A stretch of 64,000 nucleotides of DNA from Squalus acanthias. Taxonomy: Eukaryota. The stretch is from assembly GCA_030390025.1 (NCBI GenBank), contig CM059438.1, forward strand, positions 59,770,001 through 59,834,000, in the 5' to 3' direction. Positions 1 to 11,382 of this stretch are shown one piece after another. Every line of letters starts with the position of its first letter. Within the stretch, counting starts at the first letter, position 1. The position numbers and the translations under genes were made by a program. The notes below the pieces were generated by a model that saw only the letters and a list, made by a program, of their open reading frames with translations, had not been told where the DNA came from and made no database searches.

Positions 1-1045
1 TCCTGCAGCTCCAATCCTTGGTGCTGTGATATGTTGTGCAGAGCGCAGCAGACCATGATCATTCTGGAGACCCTGGCTGGTGCGTATTGAAGGGCTCCTC
101 CAGATCTGTTCAGGCATCTGAAGCACATCTTCAGCATCCCGAATGCTTGCTCTATTACCCATCTTGTCATCATCTGGCTTTGATTATAGCACTCTTCGGC
201 CTCATTGCTTGGCCTCCTCAAGGGTGTCATCAGTCACGTCTTCAATGGATAGCCCTTGTCTCGAAGCAGCCAGTCGGTAAGTCTGGTCGGAGATGCGAAG
301 AGCTGAGGGAGAGCGGACTGGTGCAGGATGAATGAATCATGACAGTTCCCAGGGAATCTGACACACACATGCATGATGATTTTTTTTGTGGTTGCAGATG
401 AGCTGCACATTGATGGAGTGGAAGCCCTTATGGTTCACAAACACTCCTGGGTGACGATGGGGTGCCTTGATGGCCACAAGTGTGCAGTCGATGACACCCT
501 GCACCTGTGGGAAGCCAGCCAGAGCCGCAAAGCCGAACGCCCGCTCAGTCTGACTGGCTTCATCAGTGGCAAAGTGTACATAAGTGCCTGAATTGTCAAA
601 CATGACATCGGTCACCTGGAAGATGAATTTGCGGGCCGACTGCGAGATGCTGCAAATGTCTTCTTCAGATCCCCGGAAGGAGTCTGAGGTAAAGAAGCTG
701 AGGGCGGTGGTGACTTTGACAGCCACTGGTAACGCGTGTCCACCAGGCCTACTTGGCAGCAGCTCTTCTTCCAGCTGGCCACAAATGTCTGCCACAACCT
801 GATACGATAGCCTGAGCCTCCTGAGGCACTGCTGTTCTGTCCAGGAAGCTGATCCTCTGCCTGTATACCCGGTGTCGGGGATATCGCCTCCTGCGAGGTG
901 CACCCCTGTACTGATCCCCTCTCTCTTTCGGAGCAGCAGGTCGGTGGGGAGAAGGCTGCTGCTGCTGCTGCTCGTGTTGATGCTGCTGGGGCTCATCTTG
1001 GTCTTCATCTGAGGTCCAAGGTGAAACAACACAAGCGGCACCCAT
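1..1045 (-). pseudogene. PIF/Harbinger-type (HARBI1-like) DDE transposase, disrupted; runs off the left edge of the window
   Basis: The minus-strand translation gives GFPQVQGVIDCT and [12 protein letters not shown]. After a frameshift at the T-run near 380 it gives [26 protein letters not shown] and CCALHN, all typical Harbinger transposase motifs. It has at least two frameshifts and an in-frame stop. Probable ATG at 1045. Confidence 0.85.
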
Positions 1046-1598
1046 GCTGATCTGATAGATGCCAGGTGAAGTGACGATCAGAGGCACACTTCTCCAATGT
1101 AGTGAGAGCGACTTCCAAAGTTGTAGAAATCACCTGCAAACTCCTGAAAGCAAACTCTCAGCACAACTGGTGTCAGCCAGAGCCTTTCCCTTGGGGAAGG
1201 AAGCAGGTGCCGGTGAGGTGCCAGTATTTATGCGATTTTTTTTTTTTGACTGTCATTTGTTCAACTCCCGCAATGGCCGCTGTGCTCTCACCTTGCTTTC
1301 ACTGGCAAGGTTCAGCAAGCACAGGAATCCCATTGAACAGCCAGTAAAAGCTGTAACATCAGGTAAAAAAAAGGCTGTTAATAGCCTCTTAACGAGCTCT
1401 AAACTGCTTTAATTAGGTCACCCCCCCCCTCTCCCGAGGGGGTCTCTGGCGCGCTGACTAATGCGCACGAGTTAAAGACAGAAGCCGATGAGCTGAAGCC
1501 GGCTTCCGGACGCGCTGTAATTTCAGTGCTTTTAACGGCCCACCCGCACACAAACCCGCACACAAACCCGCACACTCTTCAAAGTAAAAATTCAGCCC
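1..1598 (-). mobile_element. Harbinger-type DNA transposon, one end
   Basis: Contains the transposase remnant. A candidate terminal inverted repeat AAAATTCAGCCC lies at 1587-1598 and is followed by AT. The other end is outside the window. Confidence 0.6.
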
Positions 1599-1770
1599 AT
1601 CATTTCTAGAGCCTATTTAATTTCCTCCTTCAGGTCCCTCAGGCTCCCAGGATGTATCCTGTCGGGCCCTGGTGCTTTGCGTATTGTGTGTTAAAGTCAG
1701 CACTAGCTTTGTAGATTTCTGTAGGTATCTCATCACACCCTGAGGCTATACCACACTTTGATTGTATGAC

Positions 1771-2333
1771 TATTCCAACGCTCTCCTAGCCGCCTTCCCT
1801 CTTCCACCCTCCGTAAACTTCAGCTCATCCAAACCTCTGCTGCCCCGTGTCCTAACTCGCACCAAGTCCCGTTCACCCATCACCCCTGTGCTCGCTGACC
1901 TACATTGACTCCCAGTCCAGCAACGCCTCCCATTTAAAATTCTCATCCTTACATTCAAATTCTTCCCTGGCCTCGCCCCCTCCCTATCTCTGTAAACTCC
2001 TCCAGCCCTACAACCCGCCGCGATCTCAGCGCTCCTCCAATTCTGGCCTCTTGCGCAGCTCCGATTTTCATCGCCCGACCACTGGCGGCCGTGCCTTCAG
2101 CTGCTTCGGCCCGAAGCTCTGGAATTCCCTCCCTAAACCTCTCTGCATCTCTCGACTCTTTCTCATCCTTTAAGACGCTCCTTAAAACCTATCTCTTTGA
2201 CCAAGCTTTTGGGCATCTGCCCGAATATCTCCTGATGTGGCTCGGTGTCAAATTTTGTTTGCTAACACTCCTGTGAAGAGCCTTGGGACATTTTACTACG
2301 TTAAAGACGCTGTATAAATACAGGTTGTTGTTC
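1771..2333 (+). mobile_element. L2-type LINE 3' end
   Basis: Encodes AARVLTRTKSRSPITPVLADLH, also seen in the L2 at 16430-19760. It is followed by the 3' UTR and the tail TATAAATACAGGTTGTTGTT. Confidence 0.8.
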
Positions 2334-2502
2334 TTGTAGATTCGTGTCCTTCAGCAATCGTAGGTGGTTCATTTCGTTTTTCTCTCCACATTGACCTTAT
2401 TCTAGTTAGTAATCTTGTACACCATCTTTCATCTTTCTCCATTGTGGGCTGATTCTAACTCACATTTTCCGAAATTAACCGATAGCTCACAATGGGCCTG
2501 AA

Positions 2503-2862
2503 GCAACAACAACAACAACAACTTGCATTTATACAGTGCCTTTAACGTCGTCTGCCCTCTCAGGTGGACGTAAAAGATCCCATCGCACTATTTCGAAGAA
2601 AGTGCTTTCCAGCCGATTAAGTACTTTTGAAGTGGAGTCGCTGTTGTAACGCCGGGAAACGCGGCAGCCAATGTGCGCACAGCAAGCTCCCACAAACAGC
2701 CATGAAATACACGACCAGATTATCAGTTTGACTGAAAGTGATGTCGATTGAAGGATAAATATTGGCCAGGGCCTCCCCTGCTCTTCTTTGAAATAGTGGC
2801 CGTAGGATCTTTTACGTCCAGCTGGGAGAGCAGGCTCGGTTTTAACATCTCATCCGACAGAC
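2503..2862 (-). mobile_element. Rearranged SINE/L2-tail fragments (DeuSINE-like)
   Basis: (AAC)n tail, a short plus-strand SINE core piece (2551-2600), and minus-strand SINE body homologous to 10417-10993. Confidence 0.65.
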
Positions 2863-3208
2863 GGATTCCTGAAAACATTTCGGAAATAACCTGAAACGAA
2901 GATTTGAGGGACGGCAGCCAGCGCATCAGGGAAGACCTGGGAACATTTGGTTCAGGGTCGCGCAATGTGAAAAGCTGCCGTGGAAGCACTCACTGCAAGA
3001 ACCAGCAGCAGAAGGAAAGCATTGTCGCAGGATAGTCAGCAGCCGCAGCTGGCTAGTAGATAACAGTGAACATGTGGCGCGTGCAGCTGCTTCATGTCCC
3101 TATCACTGAGTGTCACTGTGCAATATCTCACTCCGACTGGACCCTTGGGGTGTGAAACATTCACACAACTTGGTAAGTGCGATGCTAAGCTGACGGAAAG
3201 TGGGGGGA

Positions 3209-3440
3209 CAATAACAACCTGTATTAATATAGCGTCTTTAACGTAGTAAAACATCCCAAGGTGTTTCGCAGGAGCGATTATCAAACAAAAATTTGACACC
3301 GAGCCACATAAAGAGATATTAGGGCAGATGACCAAAAGCTTGCTCAAAGAGGTAGGTTTTAAGGAGCATCTTAAAGGAGGAGAGAGAGTTAAAGAGGCGG
3401 AGAGGTTTAGGGAGGGGGATTCCAGTGCTTAGGCGGCTGA
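3209..3440 (-). mobile_element. L2-type LINE 3' end
   Basis: Reverse complement of the 3' UTR/tail at roughly 2110-2330. Confidence 0.75.
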
Positions 3441-3585
3441 AGGACTGCACTGTACAGATAGAACTCCAGACATGCCCACATTCCCCGAGCAAGAGAGACA
3501 CTGCGCTGCCTCGGGCTCAGCTCCCTCACTGTACGGGCCCTGCGTTTCCCGGTCGCGCTACATCACTGAGGACTCTTTCTTTCAG

Positions 3586-3804
3586 GGGAAGGTTCTGGAA
3601 GTTTCGCCGCCCAGTTGCTGAAATCTCTGAATGAATATCGGACCAAGCACGGAGCGAGACCGCTAACCCTGAACCCGCTAATCGGCGAGAAGGCTGAGAA
3701 GTGGGCGGAGCATCTGGTAACCTCCAAAACATTGCAGCACAGCGACACACCGTGTGGGGAGAATATCTGGTGTCAGCAAGGCCCTGTCAGTCTGCAGGTC
3801 ACAG
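3586..3804 (+). CDS. GLIPR2: GLIPR2/GAPR-1-like CAP domain, module 1 exon A (219 bp, phase 1-1)
   Basis: Acceptor tctttctttcag and donor ACAG|gtacgt. Translates EGSGSFAAQLLKSLNEYRTKHGARPLTLNPLIGEKAEKWAEHLVTSKTLQHSDTPCGENIWCQQGPVSLQVTG, resembling the GAPR-1 N-terminal half (NEYR.KHG..PL, HS, CGEN). The symbol denotes the family; orthology is untested. Confidence 0.85.
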
Positions 3805-4349
3805 GTACGTCACATCACTGCCTGACATATCAGTCAGAAAGATTGTCCGTTGATTAATTAACCATTTTCTCCCAATTTCTCCCCTCTACCCTGGGGACCT
3901 GTTCCAAAGTCATGGGCTTCTATTACTGTGCCCATGTGACCATTCTTCAAGTGTGAGGCTAGACCATGAGTATTGGCAAGCTATTCCAAAATGGACGGCA
4001 TCACAGACATGTCCAATCCTGTTCTTGCCCAATGACTTCTTTGTCACTAAGATTGAGACCATCTGTTCAGATGCCTCTTTCCTGTTTCCCCCCCTTTCCC
4101 CCTTGCCCACAAGTCAAACCTCCCCCCACCCTAGCTCTGAATCCACATCTCCCTCTAGTTTCTCCCCTATCACCCCTTATGCCCTCTCAGAATCCATCCC
4201 TAGCCAGTGCACCTGGCATTTCCTGGTATACATCCATCAGCCTTCTTCGGTAGGCTGAGCCCTCAAAGCCAGCATCTGAGTCCACTGCAGCAGAGCTAGT
4301 CTGCAATCTCACACTCTGGAGAGCTGGCACCAATGGCATCCAATCCCCC

Positions 4350-4555
4350 TTCTCAGAGGGCTGTGGAGGCTCAGTCGTTGAGTATATTCATGACAGAGAT
4401 CGCTAGATTTTTGGATATTAAGGGAATCAAGGGATATGGGGATAGTGCAGGAAAGTGGAGATGAGGTCGAGGATCAGCCATGATCTTATTGAATGGCGGA
4501 GCAGGCTCAAAGGGCCGAATGGCCGACTCCTGCTCCTATTTCTTATGTTCTTACG
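4350..4555 (+). mobile_element. CR1-type LINE 3' end
   Basis: Ends in GGGCCGAATGGCCGACTCCTGCTCCTATTTCTTATGTTCTTA; reverse-complement match to 8324-8586. Confidence 0.8.
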
Positions 4556-4944
4556 TTCCCCAGCTCTTGCGCACTTGTGCCCGGTGAGTCACCAACTGGT
4601 AGTGCTGGCTGCCCGCCTGAGTGGTGATAATGAGCAGGCAACACGTACATGAGTGCTACCCAGAACAACACTACCAGCTACCAGCTGCAAGCAGTGCGGG
4701 CCCTGCCCAATTGCGTGCCCGTTTTTTTGGGGCGCGATCGAATTTCTAGAGCTCGTATCTCTCGAGCAGATGTCTGGCTGCGCATTCCAACAGTAAGTGT
4801 CTTTGCACCACTTGATCCTTATCGCACAGAGAAGCGGATGTGTGGTTAGAGGCCTTGGTAGCTGGTGAGCAAAAGGGGAAGTTGGTAAATGACGTAAAAG
4901 CAAAAGAAGTATCTGTGGAGAGATAACAGAGGAGTTAATGTTTT

Positions 4945-5050
4945 CCGTTTCTGATAAAAGATCTGCACCTAAAACTTTAACCGCTCTGTTCTCGCCATAG
5001 ATGCTGTGTGACCTGCTGAGAGTCTCCAGCATTTTCTGTGTTTGTTTTAC
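4945..5050 (+). mobile_element. Degenerate single arm of the Penelope-type element family seen at 26937-27160
   Basis: Similar to 27067-27160 (GATGCTG..TGACCTGCTGAG..TCCAGCATTTTCTG). Confidence 0.55.
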
Positions 5051-5107
5051 TGACGAGGCTCCTGGAATGGGAGGAGGCAGAGTCCATCGTGAGATGTGCA
5101 TCACGCT

Positions 5108-5320
5108 TAAGGTTGGCAAGCTCTGACTGGCCGTATGTTCCATCACATGACCTCTGACCGCCAACCGTCTCACTCGGTCAAACAGCCGTTTTCCTCCATC
5201 ACCAAAATTTTTATGATTAATAAAAAAAAGTGCTCAAAGAAGTTGAAAAAGACACACAATTTATTGTTAATGCCACGATGATTTTTCTCCCGGGTTTGCT
5301 CCCAGAGGGTTGGCAACTCG
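5108..5320. mobile_element. hAT-like MITE remnant
   Basis: Both ends contain GTTGGCAA-type termini, and the interior matches 32944-33317 (GATTTTTCTCCCGGGT). Confidence 0.45.
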
Positions 5321-5427
5321 AATCGCTCTGTCCCTCCCGCGTCAATCCCACAAACAATTGTCCTTTCCTGACACGCCATTGGCTCTTTCTGCTCAGCTTT
5401 TGTCTCTGCTCGCTCTTTGCGGTCATG

Positions 5428-5452
5428 TTCTCTCTCTCATATCTCTCTTTCA

Positions 5453-5484
<32 letters not shown>
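5428..5484. repeat. (CT)n microsatellite
   Basis: Directly visible. Confidence 0.9.
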
Positions 5485-5741
5485 CAGAAGTCTCGGCTCA
5501 TCTCAGTCAGTCTTTGACTTGCCACGACCACGATATCCTCCTTCTGAATGTTATAGCTGATATTTGTGCAGCGACACCGGCATATCTTAACGTGGCAGTA
5601 CATACTGCTGTCCTCTGGTAACGACATCTGCACATTCCAATAAATGGAATTATTTAGTTGAAAAATGTGGATTATATGTTCTTAGAAGTGAGGTATGGTA
5701 GTGCCAGGAATTTCACACACCCACTACCAGCACACTGAAGG

Positions 5742-6005
5742 ACAACCTGCATATATCCAGCGCCTTTAACGTAGTAAAACGTCCCAAGGTGCTTCACAGG
5801 AGCATTATCAGACAAAATTTGACACCAAGTCACATGAGCAGATATTAGGACAGGTGACCAAAAGCTTGGTCAAAGAGGTAGGTTTTAAGGAGTATCTTAA
5901 AGGAGGAGAGAGAGGTAGAGAGGTTTAGGGAGGGAATTCCAGAGCTTAGCGCCTATGCAGCTGAAGGCACGGACACCAGTGGTGGGGCGAAGGAAATCGG
6001 GGATT
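5742..6005 (-). mobile_element. L2-type LINE 3' end
   Basis: Same sequence family as 3209-3440. Confidence 0.75.
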
Positions 6006-6154
6006 TTCACTCAGACTTGGAGTAAAGCTGCCTCCAATTGGCCCAAACCATTTACCACCAATGAGTGCCTCCTGTGGCCTCTCTGACTGAGATTGATCAT
6101 TGGTGCTGAATTAGGGGATTGTTTTTGGGGTTGTGATTCCTGGGTTGAGGACCT

Positions 6155-6303
6155 TAGAAATCCGATTGCGCCCCAAAACGGGCTCGTCTACTGAGCTTCC
6201 CGATCCAAAGTGGCATAGTTCCAGTGCGTGAACATCGTGTTGGTCCCATAGGCGCACTTCTTGCTCCTATAAAACTGGTGCAGCGCGATAGAATTTCTAG
6301 GCC
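6155..6303. mobile_element. Short MITE with imperfect terminal inverted repeats
   Basis: TAGAAATCCGATTGCGC at the left end and GCGCGATAGAATTTCTA at the right. A similar right end occurs at about 4729-4750. Confidence 0.5.
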
Positions 6304-6416
6304 GAGGTGTCCACACTGGTCACAGCTGCAGATGGAAGAAACTTCTATCCGTTCCTGGGCTGGATTACAAAGCAAGACCCCAGAGGGAAAACACCAGTCA
6401 CTGACCAATGCGCCAA

Positions 6417-8153
6417 TGCAGTCCTGCCACATCCAGTCGTGAATGGTGGTGGACCATTAAACAACTGACGGGAGGAGGAGGATCCATGAACATCCCCATC
6501 CTCAGTGATGGCAGAGCCCAGCACATGAGTGCAAAAGGCAAAGCTGAAGCATTTGCAACCATCTTCAGCCACAAGTGCCAAGTGGATGATCCATCTAGGC
6601 CTCCTCCTACAGTCCTCACCATCAGAGAAGCAAGTTTTCAGCCAATTCGATTCACTCCATGTGATATCAAGAAACGGCTGAGCGCACTGGATACAGAAAA
6701 GGCTATGGGCCCCGACAACATCCCGGCTGTCGTACTGAAGACTTGTGCTCCAGAGCTAGGCAAGCTGTTCCAGTACAGCTATAACACTGGCATCTATCTG
6801 ACAAAGTGGAAAACTTCCCAGGTATGTCCTGTCCACAAATAACAGGACAAATCCAATCTGGCTAATTACCGCCCCATCAATCTACTCTCAATCATCAGCA
6901 AAATGATGGAAGGTGTCATTGACAGTGCTATCAAGTGGCATTTACTCACCAATAACCTGCTCGCCGATGATCAGTTTGGGTTCTGCCAGGACCACTCGGC
7001 ACCAGACCTCATTATAGCCTTGGTCCAAACATGGACAAAAGAGCCGAATTCCAGAGGTGAGGTGAGAGTGACTGCCCTTGACATCAAGGCAGCATTTGAC
7101 CGAGTGTGGCATCAAGGAGCCCTAGTAAAACTGAAGTCAATGGGAATCGGGGGGAAACTGTCCACTGGCTGGAGTCATACCTAGCACAAAGGAAGATGGT
7201 TGTGGTTGTTGGAGGGCAATCATCTCAGCCCCAGTACATTGCTGCAGGAGTACCTCAGGGCAGTGCCCTAGGCCCAACCATCTTCAGCTGTTTCATCAAT
7301 GACCTCCCCTCCAACATAAAGTCAGAAGTGGGGATGTTCGTTGATGATTGCACAGTGTTCAGTTCCCTTTGCAACTCCTCAGATAATGAAACAGTCCATG
7401 TCGGAATGCAGCAAGACCTGGACAACATTCAGGCTTGGGCTGATAACCGGCAAGTAACATTCACGCCATATAAATGCCAGGCAATGACTATCTCCTATAA
7501 GAGAAAGTCTAACCTCCTCCCCTTGACACTCAATGGTATTACCATCATTGATTCCCCCACGATCAACATCCTGGGGGTCACCATTGACCAGAAACTTAAC
7601 TGGACCAGCCACATAAATACTGTGGCTACAAGAGCAGATTAGAGGCTGGGTATCCTGTGGTGAGTGTCTCACCTCCTGACTCCCCAAAGCCTTTCCATGA
7701 TCTACAAGGCACAAGTCAGGAGTGTGATGGAATACTCTCCACTTGCCTGGATGAGTGCAGCTCCAACAACACTCAAGAAGCTCGACACCATCCAGGACAA
7801 AGCAGCCCGCTTGATTGGCACCCCATCCACTATCTTCCCTCCACCACCGGTGCACCATGTCCGCGACCTCTTCCACCTAGAAGGACAAGGGCAGCAGGCG
7901 CATGGGAACACCACCACCTCCAAGTTCCTCTCCAAGTCACACACCATCCTGACTTGGAAGTATATCGGCATCGTCACTGGGTCAAAATCCTGGAACTCCC
8001 TCCCTAACAGCACTGTGGGAGAGCCTTCACCACACGGACTGCAGCGGTTCAAAAAGGCGGCTCACCATCATATTCTCAAGGACCATTAGGAATAGGCAAT
8101 AAATGCTGGCCTTGCCAGCGACACCCACATCCCATGAATGAATAATAAAAAAA
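6417..8153 (+). mobile_element. 5'-truncated non-LTR retrotransposon (CR1/L2/Jockey group) with a disrupted reverse transcriptase
   Basis: Motifs MGPDNIP, NYRPINLL, ALDIKAAFDRVWH, GVPQGSALGP and MFVDD across frameshifted ORFs. A-rich tail ATGAATGAATAATAAAAAAA. Confidence 0.9.
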
Positions 8154-8323
8154 ATCCCGCTGCGATCTCTTAAAATAACAAAGACACAAGTTATACTGGA
8201 ATGCACTGCCTGAAAGGGCAGTAGAAGCAGATTCAATAGTAACTTTCAAAAGGGAGTTTTAGGAGGGGCTGGAAATCCTGGGCAACATTAAAGGAGCAGA
8301 GACCCAACAAACTGGGTGTTCCA

Positions 8324-8586
8324 TAAGAACATAAGAAATAGGAGCAGGAGTAGGCCATTCGGCCCTTCGAGCCTGCTCCGCCATTCAATGAGATCATGGC
8401 TGATCTTCTGCCTCAACTCCATTCACCGGCCCTATCGCCATATCCCTTGATGCCCTTACTAGTCAGAAATCTATCGACTTCTGTTTTGAATATACCCAAT
8501 GACTGAGCCTCCACAGCCCTCTGGGGTAGAGAATTCCAAAGATTCACCACCCTCTGTGTGAAGAAATTTCTTCTCATCTCAGTCCT
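8324..8586 (-). mobile_element. CR1-type LINE 3' end
   Basis: Encodes RRNFFTQRVVNLWNSLP; the tail CATAAGAACATAAGAA is at the left end. Confidence 0.85.
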
Positions 8587-8629
8587 GGGGACAAGGGGCA
8601 AGAAAATATGGCCCGAGCATTTCTCAATG

Positions 8630-8808
8630 TTAGAATTTCACTTATAATGGAGTTTTGTTATATGTGAAGCTTGTGCTAACAGGGTTAACTATAAGAGCAA
8701 TTACGAATAAAATGGTGTTATTATATTAGAAAAATGGCATGTTAGAGTACCATTAAATACAACAGGGTTTATCATGATGGTTTATTATATCAGGATTTTA
8801 TTATTATA
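8630..8808. repeat. Old AT-rich degenerate minisatellite (TTATTATAACAGG-like units), left part
   Basis: The same degenerate motif resumes at 10168-10410 after the inserted MITE and CR1. Confidence 0.5.
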
Positions 8809-8815
8809 GAGTCAT

Positions 8816-9692
8816 GGGGGAAAAATTCGATTGCTTTGCGCCTCCCGTTAGTGCCCTAAGAGGGCGCTAATGGGGCGCAAAGCAACTAGCGCCCAGGCAC
8901 GGCGATGTTTGCGCCGCTCGCAAAATTGACCAGATATTTTGCGGCGGCGTTAAACATTACCACCACGATCTCCTGCGCCTGCAGATCGTGATGTCAGTCG
9001 AGCGTGCAACGCCCCGGTAGTGCCCTGGACCGGATATTGAGTGGCGCCCCCTGCCTTAACGCCTGCCGCTAGCAACGACAGGTTGAGGGGAACATTTTGC
9101 AGTTGGGAAGGGACTGGAGGAGCGCTATTTAAAGGCGGCCACTTCTGCTTTTTTTTGTCGGCGACATTTTTGCACCACACATTCTGAGAGAGAGACAGAG
9201 ACTTCTGGAGAGATTCAACGCTGTGTGAAGGAGTTTTGGGTACTGAGCAGCACTATGCAGGTTCATTTTCATTTGACCTTCCTTGCATCGATTTAGAAGA
9301 GTCTATGGGGGCTGCACTCTGAGCTCTTTCCCTGGGCCTCCCCATTGTTCTTTCCAGCAGATTTGATGTACAGGTCTCTCCAGGTCGAGATTCAAGAGTG
9401 TGGATGGAGAGCACGATTGACCCTCCCCTTTAAGAACTGGCCGGCACCAGTGTGTCTGTGTTCCTTTGCTGAATGACATCACATGAGCTTCACCAGCGCT
9501 CTGAGGTAGCGCCTCGCTCCTCGGCGTTAGCGCCTTAAGAGAGGTGTGTAGCGCCTGATTTAGCGCTCCAATCACCTCCAGGGGCGATAGAAGCCAAGTT
9601 TGCAGTCGGAGGCGATAATTAGTGTCAGGCGCTAAACTTTGCGCCCGGCCGATAATTGCGCCCCAAACGGGGCGATACCGAATTTCTCCCCC
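8816..9692. mobile_element. 877-bp non-autonomous DNA transposon (MITE) with 14-bp TIRs and an AT target duplication
   Basis: Left TIR GGGGGAAAAATTCG; right TIR CGAATTTCTCCCCC (13/14 match). AT flanks both ends. It is inserted into the (TAGAGTCA)n CR1 tail. Confidence 0.8.
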
Positions 9693-10168
9693 ATAGAGTC
9701 ATAGAGTCATAACGGCACAGAAGGAGGCCATTCAGCCCATCGAGTCTGTGCCGGCTCTCTGTAGAGCAATCTAGTCAGTTCCATTCCCCCGCTCTATCCC
9801 CGTAGTCCTGCAAGTTTATTTCCCTCAAGTGCCTATCCAGTCTCCCCTTGAAAACATTGAGTGTCTCCGCTTCCACCACTTCTGTCGGCAGCGAGTTCCA
9901 GGTCCTCACCACTCACTGCGTAAAAAAGTTTTTCCTCACATCCCCCCTGTATCTCTTGCCCAAAATCTTAAATCTGTGTCCCCCAGCACTTGTACCATCA
10001 ACTAGTGGGAACAGCCTTTCCCCATTTAGCCTATCCAAACCCATCATAATCTTGTACACCTCTATCAAATCACCCCTCAACCTCCTTTGCTCTAATGAAA
10101 ACAAATCCAGCTTCTCCAACCTATCCTTGTAGCTAAGATCCTCCATCCCCAGAACCATTCTGGTAAAT
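9693..10168 (-). mobile_element. CR1-type LINE 3' end
   Basis: Encodes DRLEKLDLFSLEQRRLRGDLIEVYKIM...RKNFFTQ; has the (TAGAGTCA)n tail. Confidence 0.9.
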
Positions 10169-10410
10169 TATAACAGGGGTTTAATTGTAACAGCTGCTTA
10201 TTATAACAGGAGTTTATTATGATGATGTTTATTATAACAAGGTTTCATTATATTCACCGGGTTTGGTTATAACAGGAGTTTAATTGTGACAGGGTTTTTG
10301 TTACAATTGGAGGTTATTTCAGCAGCATGGGATTATTGTGAACAAGAGTTTATTATAATAGGAGTTTAATTGTAACAGGTGTTTCATGCTAACTGTAGTT
10401 TATTAGAGCT
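10169..10410. repeat. Old AT-rich degenerate minisatellite, right part
   Basis: Repeated TTATTATAACAGGAGTTT / TTAATTGTAACAG units. Confidence 0.6.
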
Positions 10411-10416
10411 AGCTTA

Positions 10417-10993
10417 GTGTCACTTGTGGCTCAGTTGGTAGCACTCTCATCTCCGAATTGGCAAGGCCGTGGGTTCAAGTCCCACTCCAGAGACTTGAGC
10501 ACAAATCCAGGCTGATACTCCAGTGCAGTACTGAGGGAGTGCTGCACTGTCAGAGGTTCCTTCTTTCAGATGAGACCTTAAACCAAGGCTGTGTCTGCTC
10601 TCTCAGGTGGATGTTAAAGATCCCACAGCCAGTATTTCGAAGAAGAGCAGGGGAGTTCTCCCCAACGCTCTGGCCAATATTCATCCCTCAACCAGAAGGA
10701 AAAACTGGCATTTATATAGCGCCTTTCACGACCACCGGACATCCCAAAGCGCTTTACAGCCAATGCAGTACTTTTTGAAGTGTAATCACTGTTGTAATGT
10801 AAACCAACATCATTATAACCGATTATCTGGTCATTATCACATTGCTGTTTGTGGGATCTTGCTGTGCTCAAATTGTCTGCCGCGTTTCCTACATTACATC
10901 AGTGACTCCACTTCAAAAAAGTGCTTCATTGGCTGTAAAGCGCTTTGGGACGTCCTGAAGTTGTGAATGGTGCTATCGAAATGCAAGTCTTTT
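10417..10993 (+). mobile_element. Full-length tRNA-derived SINE (DeuSINE/SacSINE1-like) containing an antisense SINE-tail insertion
   Basis: A-box TGGCTCAGTTGG, B-box GGTTCAAGTCC, central AAAGATCCC...TTTCGAAGAAGAGCAGGGG domain, and L2-like tail AAATGCAAGTCTTT. The family name is from recall, not from a search. Confidence 0.8.
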
Positions 10994-11113
10994 ATTGGAG
11001 ATTTACTTTTCTCTCAGGCCTGCTCTATTGACGCTGTAATGAGTTTCGTTGAAATGATGTTTTGTGAAAATCAAATTGCCTTTTAGTGACTGTCAATATT
11101 TCACGGTTGACAG

Positions 11114-11188
11114 GACAGGAAGTCGCTGATTCCTGTTGCACTGAAATTACAAACGATGATTTCTCTTCTGGATTTCAGAAGAGTTGTG
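11114..11188 (+). CDS. GLIPR2: GLIPR2-like module 1 exon B (75 bp, phase 1-1), degenerate and possibly a pseudoexon
   Basis: Boundaries gacag| and TGTG|gtaagt. Translates GQEVADSCCTEITNDDFSSGFQKSCG. Clearly homologous to 40208-40285, including about 80 bp of upstream intron. The conserved WY is replaced by CC and one codon is deleted. Confidence 0.7.
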
Positions 11189-11285
11189 GTAAGTTAGTTT
11201 GAAGCCTCTAGAATTTTTCTCATGTATGACTCAACTCGTCTTTGCAGCAGCATTAATAGGAAAGGGAACAACATGTTATTGGTGC

Positions 11286-11382
11286 ACTGCACTGCAGTGT
11301 CAGCCTGGATTTATGTGCTCAAGTCTCTGGTGTTGGACTTGAACCCACAACATTCTGACTCAGAGGCGAGTGTGCTACCCAC
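11286..11382 (-). mobile_element. tRNA-derived SINE head, part left of the Tx1-like insertion
   Basis: Reverse-complement match to roughly 10435-10530. The rest of the head continues at 14681-14712. Confidence 0.75.

Noticed and set aside
337..1041. Domesticated host gene HARBI1
   Set aside because: Frameshifts, a stop codon and a nearby TIR-like end indicate a dead transposon copy.
3155..3177. TTCACACAACTTG|gtaagt as an upstream exon end or FTQL remnant
   Set aside because: Too short; no supporting acceptor or extended homology to exon C.
10417..10492. tRNA gene
   Set aside because: A and B boxes are present but run straight into a SINE body and tail, with no convincing acceptor stem.
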